This document shows positions 14,337 to 29,167 of a DNA stretch of 64,000 nt, piece after piece. The notes beneath the pieces are model-generated. The model was not told where the DNA came from. It saw only the letters and a list, made by a program, of their open reading frames with translations, and made no database searches. The stretch comes from Escherichia coli (GTDB lineage: Bacteria > Pseudomonadota > Gammaproteobacteria > Enterobacterales > Enterobacteriaceae), in assembly GCF_048403405.1 (NCBI RefSeq), contig NZ_CP183129.1. One strand, written 5' to 3'. Position 1 is the stretch's first letter; each line of letters starts with the position of its first letter. Position numbers and translations under genes: made by a program.

Positions 14337-14930
14337 ATGACTTCTCTGTATTTAGCTTCCGGTTCTCCGCGTCGTCAGGAGTTACTTGCGCAACTTGGCG
14401 TAACCTTTGAACGTATTGTTACGGGCATTGAGGAGCAGCGTCAGCCGCAGGAGAGCGCGCAGCAGTATGTTGTGCGTCTGGCGCGCGAGAAAGCACAGGC
14501 GGGTGTCGCGCAAACGGCGCAGGATCTCCCGGTGCTGGGTGCGGATACTATCGTTATCCTGAACGGAGAAGTGCTGGAGAAACCGCGCGACGCAGAGCAT
14601 GCGGTGCAGATGTTGCGCAAATTATCGGGTCAGACCCATCAGGTAATGACGGCAGTGGCGTTGGCTGACAGCCAGCACATTCTCGATTGCCTGGTGGTCA
14701 CCGATGTGACTTTCAGAACGTTAACAGACGAAGACATCGCGGGCTATGTCGCCAGCGGTGAACCGTTAGATAAAGCAGGTGCATACGGTATTCAGGGGCT
14801 GGGTGGCTGTTTTGTCAGGAAGATAAATGGCAGCTATCACGCCGTAGTCGGCTTACCGCTGGTTGAAACGTATGAATTATTAAGTAATTTTAACGCACTG
14901 CGTGAGAAAAGGGATAAACATGACGGCTGA
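14337..14930 (+). CDS. yhdE: Maf-like nucleotide pyrophosphatase
   Basis: 197 aa, [21 protein letters not shown] (Maf signature). Confidence 0.93.
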   Translation: MTSLYLASGSPRRQELLAQLGVTFERIVTGIEEQRQPQESAQQYVVRLAREKAQAGVAQTAQDLPVLGADTIVILNGEVLEKPRDAEHAVQMLRKLSGQTHQVMTAVALADSQHILDCLVVTDVTFRTLTDEDIAGYVASGEPLDKAGAYGIQGLGGCFVRKINGSYHAVVGLPLVETYELLSNFNALREKRDKHDG

Positions 14931-16389
14931 ATTGTTGGTAAACGTAACGCCTTCGGAAACGCGAGTGGCGTATATTGATGGCGGTATTCTGCAGGAAATT
15001 CATATTGAACGTGAGGCGCGACGCGGAATAGTAGGCAATATCTACAAGGGTCGTGTAAGTCGTGTACTTCCGGGTATGCAGGCGGCTTTTGTAGATATTG
15101 GGCTGGATAAAGCCGCGTTTCTTCATGCATCTGACATCATGCCGCACACCGAATGTGTGGCGGGTGAAGAACAAAAGCAATTCACGGTGCGCGACATCTC
15201 GGAGCTGGTCCGTCAGGGGCAAGATCTGATGGTGCAGGTGGTGAAAGATCCACTTGGCACTAAGGGTGCGCGCCTGACCACGGATATCACGCTGCCTTCT
15301 CGCTATTTGGTATTTATGCCAGGGGCTTCTCACGTTGGGGTTTCCCAACGAATTGAAAGCGAATCAGAACGTGAACGCCTGAAAAAAGTGGTCGCAGAGT
15401 ATTGCGACGAGCAGGGCGGGTTTATCATCCGTACCGCAGCGGAAGGGGTTGGCGAGGCTGAACTGGCCTCCGATGCCGCTTATCTGAAACGCGTCTGGAC
15501 CAAAGTTATGGAGCGTAAAAAGCGCCCGCAGACTCGTTATCAGCTGTACGGCGAACTGGCGCTGGCGCAGCGTGTTCTGCGTGATTTCGCCGACGCCGAA
15601 CTCGACCGCATTCGCGTTGACTCACGCCTGACTTACGAAGCATTGCTGGAGTTTACCTCGGAGTACATTCCCGAGATGACCAGCAAGCTGGAGCATTACA
15701 CCGGACGCCAGCCGATTTTCGATCTCTTTGATGTCGAAAACGAAATTCAGCGAGCGCTGGAACGCAAAGTAGAACTGAAATCCGGTGGCTATCTGATTAT
15801 CGACCAGACCGAAGCGATGACCACCGTAGACATCAATACCGGGGCGTTTGTCGGTCATCGCAATCTGGACGACACCATTTTCAATACCAATATTGAAGCG
15901 ACGCAGGCTATCGCTCGCCAGTTACGGTTGCGTAATCTGGGCGGGATTATCATTATTGATTTCATCGATATGAATAATGAAGATCACCGCCGCCGCGTGC
16001 TGCACTCGCTGGAGCAGGCGTTGAGCAAAGACCGGGTGAAAACCAGCGTTAATGGTTTTTCGGCGCTGGGGCTGGTGGAGATGACGCGTAAACGCACCCG
16101 CGAAAGCATTGAGCACGTACTATGTAACGAATGCCCAACCTGCCACGGTCGCGGAACGGTGAAAACCGTGGAAACGGTATGCTATGAAATCATGCGCGAG
16201 ATTGTTCGTGTACACCATGCTTATGATTCCGACCGTTTCCTGGTCTATGCTTCTCCGGCAGTAGCTGAAGCCTTGAAAGGCGAAGAGTCACACTCGCTGG
16301 CGGAAGTGGAAATTTTCGTTGGCAAACAGGTTAAAGTACAAATTGAACCGCTCTATAACCAGGAGCAGTTTGACGTCGTAATGATGTAA
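14920..16389 (+). CDS. rng: ribonuclease G
   Basis: 489 aa from [17 protein letters not shown]; overlaps the yhdE stop by 11 bp. Confidence 0.95.
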
Positions 16390-16456
16390 ACAGATGCTGG
16401 GCCGCCATCCGGCAAAGGGTTTTTGAGTCACATTTTTAGCAGACAAGGAGTGACGG

Positions 16457-19400
16457 GTGAGGCGATTGCCGGGGATATTACTGCTTACTGGAGCCGCGCT
16501 CGTTGTGATCGCTGCCCTGCTGGTTAGCGGCCTGCGTATTGCTTTACCGCATCTTGATGCCTGGCGTCCGGAAATCCTCAACAAAATAGAATCCGCGACT
16601 GGCATGCCGGTAGAAGCCAGTCAGCTCTCAGCCAGCTGGCAGAATTTTGGCCCGACGCTTGAAGCACACGACATCCGTGCAGAACTAAAGGATGGCGGCG
16701 AATTTTCGGTTAAACGCGTTACTCTTGCGCTAGATGTCTGGCAGAGCCTGTTACATATGCGCTGGCAGTTTCGCGACCTCACTTTCTGGCAGCTGCGCTT
16801 TCGCACCAACACTCCTATCACCAGCGGCGGTGGTAATGATAGCCTGGAAGCCAGTCACATCAGCGATCTGTTTCTTCGTCAGTTCGACCATTTTGATCTC
16901 CGCGACAGTGAAGTCAGTTTCCTGACGCCATCCGGTCAGCGCGCCGAGCTGGCGATCCCACAACTCACCTGGCTGAACGATCCACGTCGACACCGTGCAG
17001 AAGGCCTGGTAAGCCTCTCCAGCCTTACCGGACAGCACGGCGTGATGCAGGTGCGTATGGATTTGCGCGATGATGAGGGGTTGTTAAGCAATGGTCGCGT
17101 CTGGCTCCAGGCGGATGACATCGACCTGAAGCCGTGGCTCGGTAAATGGATGCAGGACAATATTGCGCTGGAAACGGCACAGTTCTCCCTTGAAGGCTGG
17201 ATGACGATCGACAAAGGCGATGTAACCGGTGGCGACGTCTGGCTGAAACAGGGCGGTGCCAGCTGGTTGGGCGAGAAGCAAACGCATACGCTGTCGGTGG
17301 ATAATCTGACCGCGCATATTACGCGTGAAAATCCGGGATGGCAGTTCTCTATTCCCGATACACGGATCACGATGGACGGCAAACCCTGGCCGAGCGGAGC
17401 ATTGACGCTGGCCTGGATACCGGAACAGGACGTTGGCGGCAAAGACAATAAACGCAGTGACGAACTCCGGATTCGCGCCAGTAATCTGGAGCTGGCAGGC
17501 CTGGAGGGCATACGCCCGCTGGCCGCGAAACTTTCACCTGCACTGGGTGATGTTTGGCGCTCCACACAACCGAGCGGCAAGATTAACACTCTGGCGCTGG
17601 ATATCCCGCTTCAGGCGGCAGACAAGACCCGTTTTCAGGCATCGTGGAGCGATCTGGCCTGGAAGCAATGGAAATTATTACCGGGTGCGGAACACTTCTC
17701 CGGGACGCTTTCCGGCAGCGTAGAAAATGGTTTGCTTACCGCGTCGATGAAACAGGCAAAGATGCCTTACGAAACGGTATTCCGTGCGCCACTGGAAATC
17801 GCCGACGGCCAGGCAACGATAAGCTGGCTGAACAATGACAAAGGTTTCCAGCTGGATGGGCGTAATATTGACGTTAAAGCCAAAGCAGTCCATGCGCGCG
17901 GCGGTTTTCGTTACCTGCAACCAGCTAACGATGAACCCTGGCTGGGTATTCTGGCTGGCATCAGTACCGATGATGGTTCACAAGCCTGGCGCTATTTCCC
18001 GGAAAACTTGATGGGTAAAGACCTGGTTGATTACTTAAGTGGCGCGATTCAGGGCGGTGTAGCGGATAACGCGACGCTGGTTTATGGTGGCAATCCGCAA
18101 CTCTTCCCCTATAAACACAACGAAGGTCAGTTTGAAGTGCTGGTGCCGCTGCGCAACGCGAAGTTTGCCTTCCAGCCGGACTGGCCTGCATTAACTAACC
18201 TTGATATTGAACTGGACTTTATTAACGACGGTTTATGGATGAAAACCGATGGCGTTAATCTGGGCGGCGTGCGCGCGAGTAATCTCACCGCAGTGATCCC
18301 TGACTACTCGAAAGAAAAACTGCTGATTGACGCTGACATTAAAGGTCCGGGTAAAGCCGTCGGCCCTTACTTTGATGAGACACCGCTGAAAGATTCTCTG
18401 GGTGCAACCCTGCAAGAACTCCAGCTCGACGGCGATGTGAATGCTCGCTTACATCTCGATATTCCGCTGAACGGCGAACTGGTAACCGCGAAAGGTGAAG
18501 TGACGCTGCGTAATAACAGTCTGTTTATCAAACCACTCGACAGCACCCTGAAAAATTTGAGCGGGAAATTCAGCTTTATTAATGGCGATCTGCAAAGTGA
18601 ACCACTGACAGCAAGCTGGTTTAATCAGCCGTTGAACGTGGATTTTTCCACCAAAGAAGGGGCAAAAGCCTACCAGGTTGCGGTGAATCTCAACGGTAAC
18701 TGGCAACCAGCGAAAACCGGCGTTTTGCCTGAAGCGGTGAACGAAGCATTAAGTGGCAGCGTGGCGTGGGATGGTAAAGTGGGCATTGATCTGCCTTATC
18801 ATGCTGGCGCGACCTATAACGTAGAGCTAAACGGCGATTTGAAGAATGTGAGCAGTCACTTACCTTCACCGTTAGCCAAACCTGCGGGTGAACCACTGCC
18901 GGTAAACGTTAAGGTTGATGGCAATCTCAACAGCTTTGAGTTAACCGGACAGGCTGGTGCAGATAACCATTTCAATAGTCGCTGGTTGCTTGGTCAAAAG
19001 CTGACGCTCGACCGTGCTATTTGGGCGGCAGACAGTAAAACGCTCCCGCCGTTGCCGGAACAAAGTGGCGTTGAACTCAATATGCCGCCGATGAATGGTG
19101 CCGAGTGGCTGGCCCTGTTCCAGAAAGGCGCGGCGGAGAGTGTCGGTGGTGCAGCGAGTTTCCCACAACACATAACGTTACGTACGCCTATGTTGTCGCT
19201 GGGAAATCAGCAATGGAATAACCTGAGCATTGTTTCGCAACCGACGGCAAATGGCACCCTGGTTGAGGCGCAAGGGCGTGAAATCAACGCCACGCTGGCG
19301 ATGCGTAATAACGCGCCGTGGCTGGCGAATATCAAATATCTTTATTACAACCCGAGCGTGGCGAAAACTCGTGGTGATTCAACACAGTCATCACCTTTCC

Positions 19401-20257
19401 CGACAACGGAGCGCATTAACTTCCGTGGCTGGCCGGACGCCCAAATACGATGCGCAGAGTGCTGGTTCTGGGGGCAAAAATTCGGGCGCATTGACAGTGA
19501 TATCACCATTTCTGGCAATACATTAACGCTGACTAATGGACTGATTGATACTGGTTTTTCGCGGCTCACTGCCGATGGTGAATGGGTTAACAATCCGGGA
19601 AATGAACGCACCTCGCTGAAAGGAAAACTGCGTGGGCAGAAAATTGATGCCGCCGCAGAATTTTTTGGTGTCACGACGCCCATACGCCAGTCGTCATTTA
19701 ATGTGGATTACGATTTACACTGGCGCAAAGCACCCTGGCAACCAGATGAGGCGACGTTGAATGGCATCATTCATACTCAACTGGGCAAAGGCGAAATTAC
19801 CGAAATCAATACCGGACATGCCGGGCAATTGCTGCGCTTATTGAGCGTTGATGCACTGATGCGTAAGCTGCGTTTTGATTTCAGAGACACTTTTGGCGAA
19901 GGGTTCTATTTTGACTCCATTCGCAGCACCGCGTGGATTAAAGACGGCGTTATGCACACTGACGACACGCTGGTGGATGGCCTGGAAGCGGATATCGCCA
20001 TGAAAGGGTCGGTAAATCTGGTGCGTCGCGACCTGAATATGGAAGCGGTTGTCGCACCAGAGATTTCTGCGACGGTGGGCGTGGCTGCGGCTTTTGCGGT
20101 TAACCCCATTGTTGGCGCGGCAGTGTTTGCAGCCAGTAAAGTGCTGGGGCCGCTGTGGAGCAAAGTCTCCATTTTGCGCTATCACATTTCGGGTCCGCTG
20201 GACGATCCGCAAATCAACGAAGTGTTGCGCCAACCGCGTAAAGAAAAAGCGCAATGA
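16457..20257 (+). CDS. yhdP: AsmA-like envelope phospholipid-transport protein YhdP
   Basis: 1266-aa ORF, N-terminal TM anchor, GTG start at 16457; size and position match yhdP. Confidence 0.93.
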   Translation: MRRLPGILLLTGAALVVIAALLVSGLRIALPHLDAWRPEILNKIESATGMPVEASQLSASWQNFGPTLEAHDIRAELKDGGEFSVKRVTLALDVWQSLLHMRWQFRDLTFWQLRFRTNTPITSGGGNDSLEASHISDLFLRQFDHFDLRDSEVSFLTPSGQRAELAIPQLTWLNDPRRHRAEGLVSLSSLTGQHGVMQVRMDLRDDEGLLSNGRVWLQADDIDLKPWLGKWMQDNIALETAQFSLEGWMTIDKGDVTGGDVWLKQGGASWLGEKQTHTLSVDNLTAHITRENPGWQFSIPDTRITMDGKPWPSGALTLAWIPEQDVGGKDNKRSDELRIRASNLELAGLEGIRPLAAKLSPALGDVWRSTQPSGKINTLALDIPLQAADKTRFQASWSDLAWKQWKLLPGAEHFSGTLSGSVENGLLTASMKQAKMPYETVFRAPLEIADGQATISWLNNDKGFQLDGRNIDVKAKAVHARGGFRYLQPANDEPWLGILAGISTDDGSQAWRYFPENLMGKDLVDYLSGAIQGGVADNATLVYGGNPQLFPYKHNEGQFEVLVPLRNAKFAFQPDWPALTNLDIELDFINDGLWMKTDGVNLGGVRASNLTAVIPDYSKEKLLIDADIKGPGKAVGPYFDETPLKDSLGATLQELQLDGDVNARLHLDIPLNGELVTAKGEVTLRNNSLFIKPLDSTLKNLSGKFSFINGDLQSEPLTASWFNQPLNVDFSTKEGAKAYQVAVNLNGNWQPAKTGVLPEAVNEALSGSVAWDGKVGIDLPYHAGATYNVELNGDLKNVSSHLPSPLAKPAGEPLPVNVKVDGNLNSFELTGQAGADNHFNSRWLLGQKLTLDRAIWAADSKTLPPLPEQSGVELNMPPMNGAEWLALFQKGAAESVGGAASFPQHITLRTPMLSLGNQQWNNLSIVSQPTANGTLVEAQGREINATLAMRNNAPWLANIKYLYYNPSVAKTRGDSTQSSPFPTTERINFRGWPDAQIRCAECWFWGQKFGRIDSDITISGNTLTLTNGLIDTGFSRLTADGEWVNNPGNERTSLKGKLRGQKIDAAAEFFGVTTPIRQSSFNVDYDLHWRKAPWQPDEATLNGIIHTQLGKGEITEINTGHAGQLLRLLSVDALMRKLRFDFRDTFGEGFYFDSIRSTAWIKDGVMHTDDTLVDGLEADIAMKGSVNLVRRDLNMEAVVAPEISATVGVAAAFAVNPIVGAAVFAASKVLGPLWSKVSILRYHISGPLDDPQINEVLRQPRKEKAQ

Positions 20258-20327
20258 TTTGACGAGGGCGCGTAATTGCCCCAATCTCATATGATAATCG
20301 TTGCCAAAGGCCAACGAGCCGGAACAT

Positions 20328-20372
20328 AACCGTAGGCCGGATAGGGCGTTCACGCCGCATCCGGCAGCCGTA
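20328..20372. repeat. REP (repetitive extragenic palindromic) element
   Basis: GCCGGATAGGGCGTTCACGCCGCATCCGGC matches the E. coli REP consensus; lies in the yhdP-tldD spacer. Confidence 0.85.
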
Positions 20373-20397
20373 AAAAATCCTCTACTGCAGTAACTAA

Positions 20398-21858
<1,461 letters not shown>

Positions 21859-21910
21859 TAATTTCAGTATTTTCAGAAGGATAATTAATCCTTCTACGTG
21901 CACGAACGGT

Positions 21911-21940
21911 CCCCTCCCCCTCTGGGGTTAGGGTGAGGGG
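21911..21940. repeat. GC-rich hairpin element, probable bidirectional terminator (tldD/aaeR convergent)
   Basis: CCCCTCCCCCTCTGGGGTTAGGGTGAGGGG: arms CCCCTC/GAGGGG with an internal sub-hairpin; related to the element at 39760-39791. Confidence 0.5.
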
Positions 21941-21984
21941 AACCCATTGGCACAGGTTTGTACAACGTAACAGTACAATATGAA

Positions 21985-22914
21985 TTACTTCTCTTTCCCG
22001 CGCCCGTGCATTTCCTGAAACAATTTACCGACCTCAACAAAATAATCCGTCAGTGAGTTGATCACGACCTGTACCTTCAGCGGCAGCTTATCTTTTTCGG
22101 TATACAACGCATAAACCGGGCGTGGATCTGACTGGTAACGCGGCAGCAGGATCTCCAGCTCCCCGCGATTGATCTCGTTGATCACCCACATCAGCGGCAC
22201 ATAGGCGATCCCAGCGCCTGCAGTCAGCCAGCGCACCAGCGTCATCGGATCATTAGTCACAAATCTCCCTTGCGGGATCAGGCGAGTCGAGATCCCTTCC
22301 GGTGCGATCAGTTCAAATTCATTGTCGGGTCGCACGCTGTATTCAAGCCATGAATGACTACTTAAATCGGCGGGTTTTTCCGGTATGCCGTATTGTGTGA
22401 GATAGCTTTTCGCGGCGCACACCACCATTGGCATCGCGCCCAGACGGCGGGAAAACAGGCTGGAATCCTGCAACGCGCCGACGCGGATCACCACATCCAG
22501 ACCGTCGGCAATCAGGTCGGGGGCAGGAATTCCGGTAACCAGATTGACGCTCAAACCTGGGTATTCTTTCAGCATTTTTGCTGTCAGCCCGGCGAGAACA
22601 TTTTGTGCCATAGTTGAAGAACAGCCAATGCGCAGCGTCCCGATGGGGGTGTTATTGAAAGCATACAGTTGCTCATGAACATCCTGCACTTCATGAAGCA
22701 TCCGACGGCAGCCCTGGTAGTAAATTCTACCGGCTTCGGTCAGGCCAATGCTGCGTGTGCTACGGTTTAACAGCTTTACCTGCAACTCATCTTCCAGTTT
22801 TGACACCGTCTGACTGATGGACGAAACGCTCATCTGTAGCTGTCTGGCGGCGGCGGTAAAAGAGCCAAATTCAACTACTTTGGCAAACACCGACATGCGT
22901 TTTAGTCGTTCCAT
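21985..22914 (-). CDS. aaeR: LysR-family regulator of aaeXAB
   Basis: 309 aa, N-terminal LysR HTH, divergent from aaeXAB. Confidence 0.93.
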   Translation of the reverse strand: MERLKRMSVFAKVVEFGSFTAAARQLQMSVSSISQTVSKLEDELQVKLLNRSTRSIGLTEAGRIYYQGCRRMLHEVQDVHEQLYAFNNTPIGTLRIGCSSTMAQNVLAGLTAKMLKEYPGLSVNLVTGIPAPDLIADGLDVVIRVGALQDSSLFSRRLGAMPMVVCAAKSYLTQYGIPEKPADLSSHSWLEYSVRPDNEFELIAPEGISTRLIPQGRFVTNDPMTLVRWLTAGAGIAYVPLMWVINEINRGELEILLPRYQSDPRPVYALYTEKDKLPLKVQVVINSLTDYFVEVGKLFQEMHGRGKEK

Positions 22915-23096
22915 TATTCACTCTGACTTAAAAGTGATTTAGATCACATAATATAGATAACAGCATAACAGTTACGCTAATATATTAAATATCAATCTAC
23001 AGCAATGTTGCTCTCGCCCGGCTTTCCATGCCCTTCTCTGCGGCGACAGATGCTGAAAATAATAACGCCTGCTCTCTCTATACAACCAAGGTCAAC

Positions 23097-23300
23097 ATGA
23101 GTCTGTTTCCCGTTATCGTGGTGTTTGGGCTGTCCTTCCCACCGATATTTTTTGAATTGCTTTTATCACTGGCGATTTTCTGGCTGGTGCGCCGGGTACT
23201 TGTGCCAACAGGTATCTACGACTTTGTCTGGCATCCGGCGTTGTTCAACACCGCGCTCTATTGCTGCTTGTTTTATTTGATATCGCGACTGTTCGTTTGA
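23097..23300 (+). CDS. aaeX: small membrane protein AaeX
   Basis: 67 aa from [23 protein letters not shown]; the track ORF has a spurious upstream extension. Confidence 0.9.
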
Positions 23301-23307
23301 GGTTGAA

Positions 23308-24240
23308 GTGAAAACACTAATAAGAAAATTCTCCCGTACGGCCATCACGGTCGTATTAGTCATTCTGGCCTTCATCGCAATTTTTAATGCCTGGGTCTAT
23401 TACACCGAATCCCCGTGGACGCGTGACGCGCGCTTTAGCGCTGACGTCGTTGCGATCGCGCCGGACGTTTCTGGACTTATCACCCAGGTGAATGTTCATG
23501 ATAACCAGCTGGTGAAAAAAGGACAGGTACTGTTCACCATCGACCAGCCGCGCTATCAAAAGGCGCTTGAGGAAGCGCAAGCCGATGTTGCTTATTATCA
23601 GGTACTGGCACAGGAGAAACGCCAGGAGGCCGGACGTCGTAACCGTCTCGGTGTGCAGGCGATGTCTCGCGAAGAGATCGATCAGGCCAACAACGTACTA
23701 CAAACGGTTCTGCATCAGTTAGCGAAAGCGCAGGCGACCCGCGATCTGGCAAAACTGGATCTTGAACGCACGGTGATCCGCGCGCCAGCAGATGGCTGGG
23801 TGACCAACCTCAACGTCTATACCGGTGAGTTTATTACCCGTGGATCAACGGCGGTTGCGCTGGTGAAACAGAACTCCTTCTATGTACTGGCCTATATGGA
23901 AGAAACTAAGCTGGAAGGGGTGCGCCCTGGGTATCGTGCAGAGATCACGCCGCTTGGCAGTAACAAAGTGCTGAAAGGGACTGTTGATAGTGTTGCCGCT
24001 GGGGTCACCAACGCCAGCAGCACGCGTGACGACAAAGGGATGGCGACCATCGACTCTAACCTTGAATGGGTGCGTTTGGCGCAACGTGTTCCGGTTCGTA
24101 TTCGTCTCGACAACCAGCAAGAGAACATCTGGCCTGCGGGCACCACTGCTACAGTGGTGGTCACTGGCAAACAAGATCGCGACGAAAGCCAGGATTCGTT
24201 CTTCCGTAAAATGGCCCATCGCCTGCGTGAGTTTGGTTAA
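23308..24240 (+). CDS. aaeA: aromatic carboxylic acid efflux pump, membrane fusion subunit
   Basis: 310-aa HlyD-family translation, immediately upstream of aaeB. Confidence 0.95.
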
Positions 24241-24245
24241 TCACG

Positions 24246-26213
24246 ATGGGTATTTTCTCCATTGCTAACCAACATATTCGCTTTGCGGTAAAACTGGCGA
24301 CCGCCATTGTACTGGCGCTGTTTGTTGGCTTTCACTTCCAGCTGGAAACGCCACGCTGGGCGGTACTGACAGCGGCGATTGTTGCCGCCGGTCCGGCCTT
24401 TGCTGCGGGAGGTGAACCGTATTCTGGCGCTATTCGCTATCGTGGCTTTTTGCGCATCATCGGCACATTTATTGGCTGTATTGCCGGACTGGTGATCATT
24501 ATTGCGATGATCCGTGCACCATTATTGATGATTCTGGTGTGCTGTATCTGGGCCGGTTTTTGTACCTGGATATCCTCGCTGGTACGAATAGAAAACTCGT
24601 ATGCGTGGGGGCTGGCCGGTTATACCGCGCTGATCATTGTGATCACCATTCAGCCGGAACCATTGCTTACGCCGCAGTTTGCCGTCGAACGTTGTAGCGA
24701 GATCGTTATCGGTATTGTGTGTGCCATTATGGCGGATTTGCTCTTTTCTCCGCGATCGATCAAACAAGAAGTGGATCGAGAGCTGGAAAGTTTGCTGGTC
24801 GCGCAATATCAATTAATGCAACTCTGTATCAAGCATGGCGATGGTGAAGTTGTCGATAAAGCCTGGGGCGATCTGGTGCGACGCACCACGGCGTTACAAG
24901 GTATGCGCAGCAACCTGAATATGGAATCTTCCCGCTGGGCGCGGGCCAATCGACGTTTAAAAGCGATTAATACGCTATCGCTGACGCTGATTACACAATC
25001 CTGCGAAACTTATCTTATTCAGAATACGCGCCCGGAATTGATCACTGATACTTTCCGCGAATTTTTTGACACGCCGGTAGAAACCGCGCAGGACGTCCAC
25101 AAGCAGCTCAAACGCCTGCGGAGAGTTATCGCCTGGACTGGGGAACGGGAAACGCCTGTCACCATTTATAGCTGGGTCGCGGCGGCAACGCGTTATCAGC
25201 TTCTCAAGCGCGGCGTTATCAGTAACACAAAAATCAACGCCACCGAAGAAGAGATCCTGCAAGGCGAACCGGAAGTCAAAGTAGAGTCAGCCGAACGTCA
25301 TCATGCGATGGTTAACTTCTGGCGAACCACACTTTCCTGCATTCTGGGGACGCTTTTCTGGCTGTGGACGGGCTGGACTTCCGGCAGTGGTGCAATGGTG
25401 ATGATTGCGGTAGTGACGTCACTGGCAATGCGTTTGCCGAATCCACGCATGGTGGCGATCGACTTTATCTACGGGACGCTGGCAGCGCTGCCGTTAGGGC
25501 TGCTCTACTTTTTGGTGATTATCCCTAATACTCAACAGAGCATGTTGCTGCTGTGTATTAGCCTGGCAGTGCTGGGATTCTTCCTCGGTATAGAAGTACA
25601 GAAACGGCGACTGGGCTCGATGGGGGCGCTGGCCAGCACCATAAATATTATCGTGCTGGATAACCCGATGACTTTCCATTTCAGTCAGTTTCTCGACAGC
25701 GCATTAGGGCAAATCGTCGGCTGTGTGCTCGCGTTCACCGTTATTTTGCTGGTGCGGGATAAATCGCGCGACAGGACTGGACGTGTACTGCTTAATCAGT
25801 TCGTTTCTGCTGCTGTTTCCGCGATGACTACCAATGTGGCACGTCGTAAAGAGAACCACCTCCCGGCACTTTATCAGCAGCTGTTTTTGCTGATGAATAA
25901 GTTCCCAGGGGATTTGCCGAAATTTCGCCTGGCGCTGACGATGATTATCGCGCACCAGCGCCTGCGTGATGCGCCGATCCCGGTTAACGAGGATTTATCG
26001 GCGTTTCACCGACAAATGCGCCGCACAGCAGACCATGTGATATCTGCCCGTAGCGATGATAAACGTCGTCGGTACTTTGGCCAGTTGCTGGAAGAACTTG
26101 AAATCTACCAGGAAAAGCTACGCATCTGGCAAGCGCCACCGCAGGTGACGGAACCGGTTCATCGGCTGGCGGGGATGCTCCATAAGTATCAACATGCGTT
26201 GACCGATAGTTAA
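24246..26213 (+). CDS. aaeB: aromatic carboxylic acid efflux pump subunit AaeB
   Basis: 655-aa polytopic membrane protein of the aromatic acid exporter family. Confidence 0.95.
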
Positions 26214-26216
26214 GTC

Positions 26217-26246
26217 AAAACCGACGCCAAAAGCGTCGGTTTTTTC
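26217..26246 (+). terminator. rho-independent terminator of aaeXAB
   Basis: AAAACCGACGC-CAAAA-GCGTCGGTTTTTT directly after the aaeB stop. Confidence 0.8.
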
Positions 26247-26304
26247 ATGGCTATACTTAGCGATGAACGGCAGAACTCGCCGCGAAACGTGACGGTGGCA
26301 ACAG

Positions 26305-26577
26305 ATGAATATTTATACCTTTGATTTTGATGAGATTGAGAGTCAGGAGGATTTTTATCGCGACTTCAGCCAAGCCTTTGGTCTGGCGAAAGATAAGGTA
26401 CGCGATCTCGACTCACTATGGGATGTGTTAATGAACGATGTCCTGCCGCTACCACTTGAGATTGAATTTGTTCATCTGGGAGAGAAAACGCGTCGCCGTT
26501 TTGGCGCGTTAATATTGCTGTTTGATGAGGCAGAGGAAGAGTTGGAAGGGCATTTGCGTTTTAATGTTCGTCATTAG
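26305..26577 (+). CDS. yhcO: barstar-like ribonuclease-inhibitor family protein
   Basis: 90 aa, acidic, [27 protein letters not shown]; no barnase-like partner visible nearby. Confidence 0.85.
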   Translation: MNIYTFDFDEIESQEDFYRDFSQAFGLAKDKVRDLDSLWDVLMNDVLPLPLEIEFVHLGEKTRRRFGALILLFDEAEEELEGHLRFNVRH

Positions 26578-26632
26578 CGCAAAAAAAAGCCCCCGAACCG
26601 AGGGCAATATCGTCGGACAAGACGATGAGGGT

Positions 26633-26896
26633 TTATTTGTACAGTTCAGCCGTAGCGTGCCAGGTGTCACCGCTACGAGCTTCCGTAATCTGGTAGGCCG
26701 TTGCGCCTTTCTCTTCTGCTTTTTTGTTCAGCATTTCACGCATATCCATTGGCGAAGACGCCACACCACTTACGGATACGGTCCCGATTGCTTCACGATT
26801 TTGTGCTTGTGCAGCATCAATGGAGTCGGCAGCGAATGCACCGAAAGATAGAACAGAAAGTACGCTTAATGCAGCAACAGTGGTTTTGATTTTCAT
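26633..26896 (-). CDS. yhcN: DUF1471 (YhcN/BhsA family) periplasmic stress protein
   Basis: 87 aa from MKIKTTVAALSVLSVLSFGAFA (signal peptide); the track ORF is 17 codons longer. Confidence 0.88.
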   Translation of the reverse strand: MKIKTTVAALSVLSVLSFGAFAADSIDAAQAQNREAIGTVSVSGVASSPMDMREMLNKKAEEKGATAYQITEARSGDTWHATAELYK

Positions 26897-27261
26897 GATT
26901 TTTACCTCGACATAATCTTTTAGCTGGGCCTTTGTTTCGTGACCCATATCACAAAATCAAGTATACACTAATTATTGAACTAATTAATACCACGCTAACT
27001 GTTTCAGTTGATACTAAGTGTTAAAAATGTGAATTTTAATAACAAAAAAGAATTAAAAACACGGTTATTTATTTTTAATTCTAGTATTTTCAATTAGATA
27101 ATGAATTTTGCATAATGTGCTTTTTTTATCGTATGTATTCATTGTGTGAATGACATGTCGCAGTAAAACGCACTATTCGTTAAATTAATCGCAGGGGAAA
27201 GCAGGGGGGTTGAGAGGGATAAGCAACATTTTCCCCGCCGCCAGAAGCGACGGGGCAGAGA

Positions 27262-27735
<474 letters not shown>

Positions 27736-28091
27736 TCACCCGATATGGTGGTTGATACAACATTATTGTGCATACAGATGAATTTTTATGCAAACAGTCA
27801 GCCCTGAAGAAGGCTGAAATAATGTTATGAAAGAGCGGGATTTTATCAAATTTCGTTATTGAGAAACATGCCTGCGTCACGGCATGCAAATTCTGCTTAA
27901 AAGTAAATTAATTGTTATCAAATTGATGTTGTTTTGGCTGAACGGTAGGGTATATTGTCACCACCTGTTGGAATGTTGCGCTAATGCATAAGCGACTGTT
28001 AATTACGTAAGTTAGGTTCCTGATTACGGCAATTAAATGCATAAACGCTAAACTTGCGTGACTACACATTCTTGAGATGTGGTCATTGTAA

Positions 28092-29105
<1,014 letters not shown>

Positions 29106-29122
29106 TTGATTAGCGGATAATA

Positions 29123-29152
29123 AAAAACCGGAGCGCAGACTCCGGTTTTTTG
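29123..29152. terminator. bidirectional rho-independent terminator (mdh / degS convergent)
   Basis: AAAAAACCGGAGCGCAGACTCCGGTTTTTT with A-run and T-run flanking a perfect stem. Confidence 0.85.
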
Positions 29153-29167
29153 TTTTGAGCGCACGAC

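Noticed and set aside
16395-16425. REP-like or terminator-like GCCG...CGGC hairpin with T-run after rng
   Set aside because: The stem is only 4 bp and it does not match the REP consensus well; possibly a weak rng terminator, not confident enough to call.
21946-21962. Sigma-54-like motif TGGCAC-N5-TTGTA
   Set aside because: The -12 element is TTGT rather than TTGC, and it sits in a convergent-terminator spacer (tldD/aaeR) with no gene to drive.
27760-27800. Possible ARG boxes (TGCATACAGATGAATTTTTATGCAAA) upstream of argR
   Set aside because: ArgR autoregulation through ARG boxes is expected here, but my match to the consensus is too loose to give coordinates with confidence.
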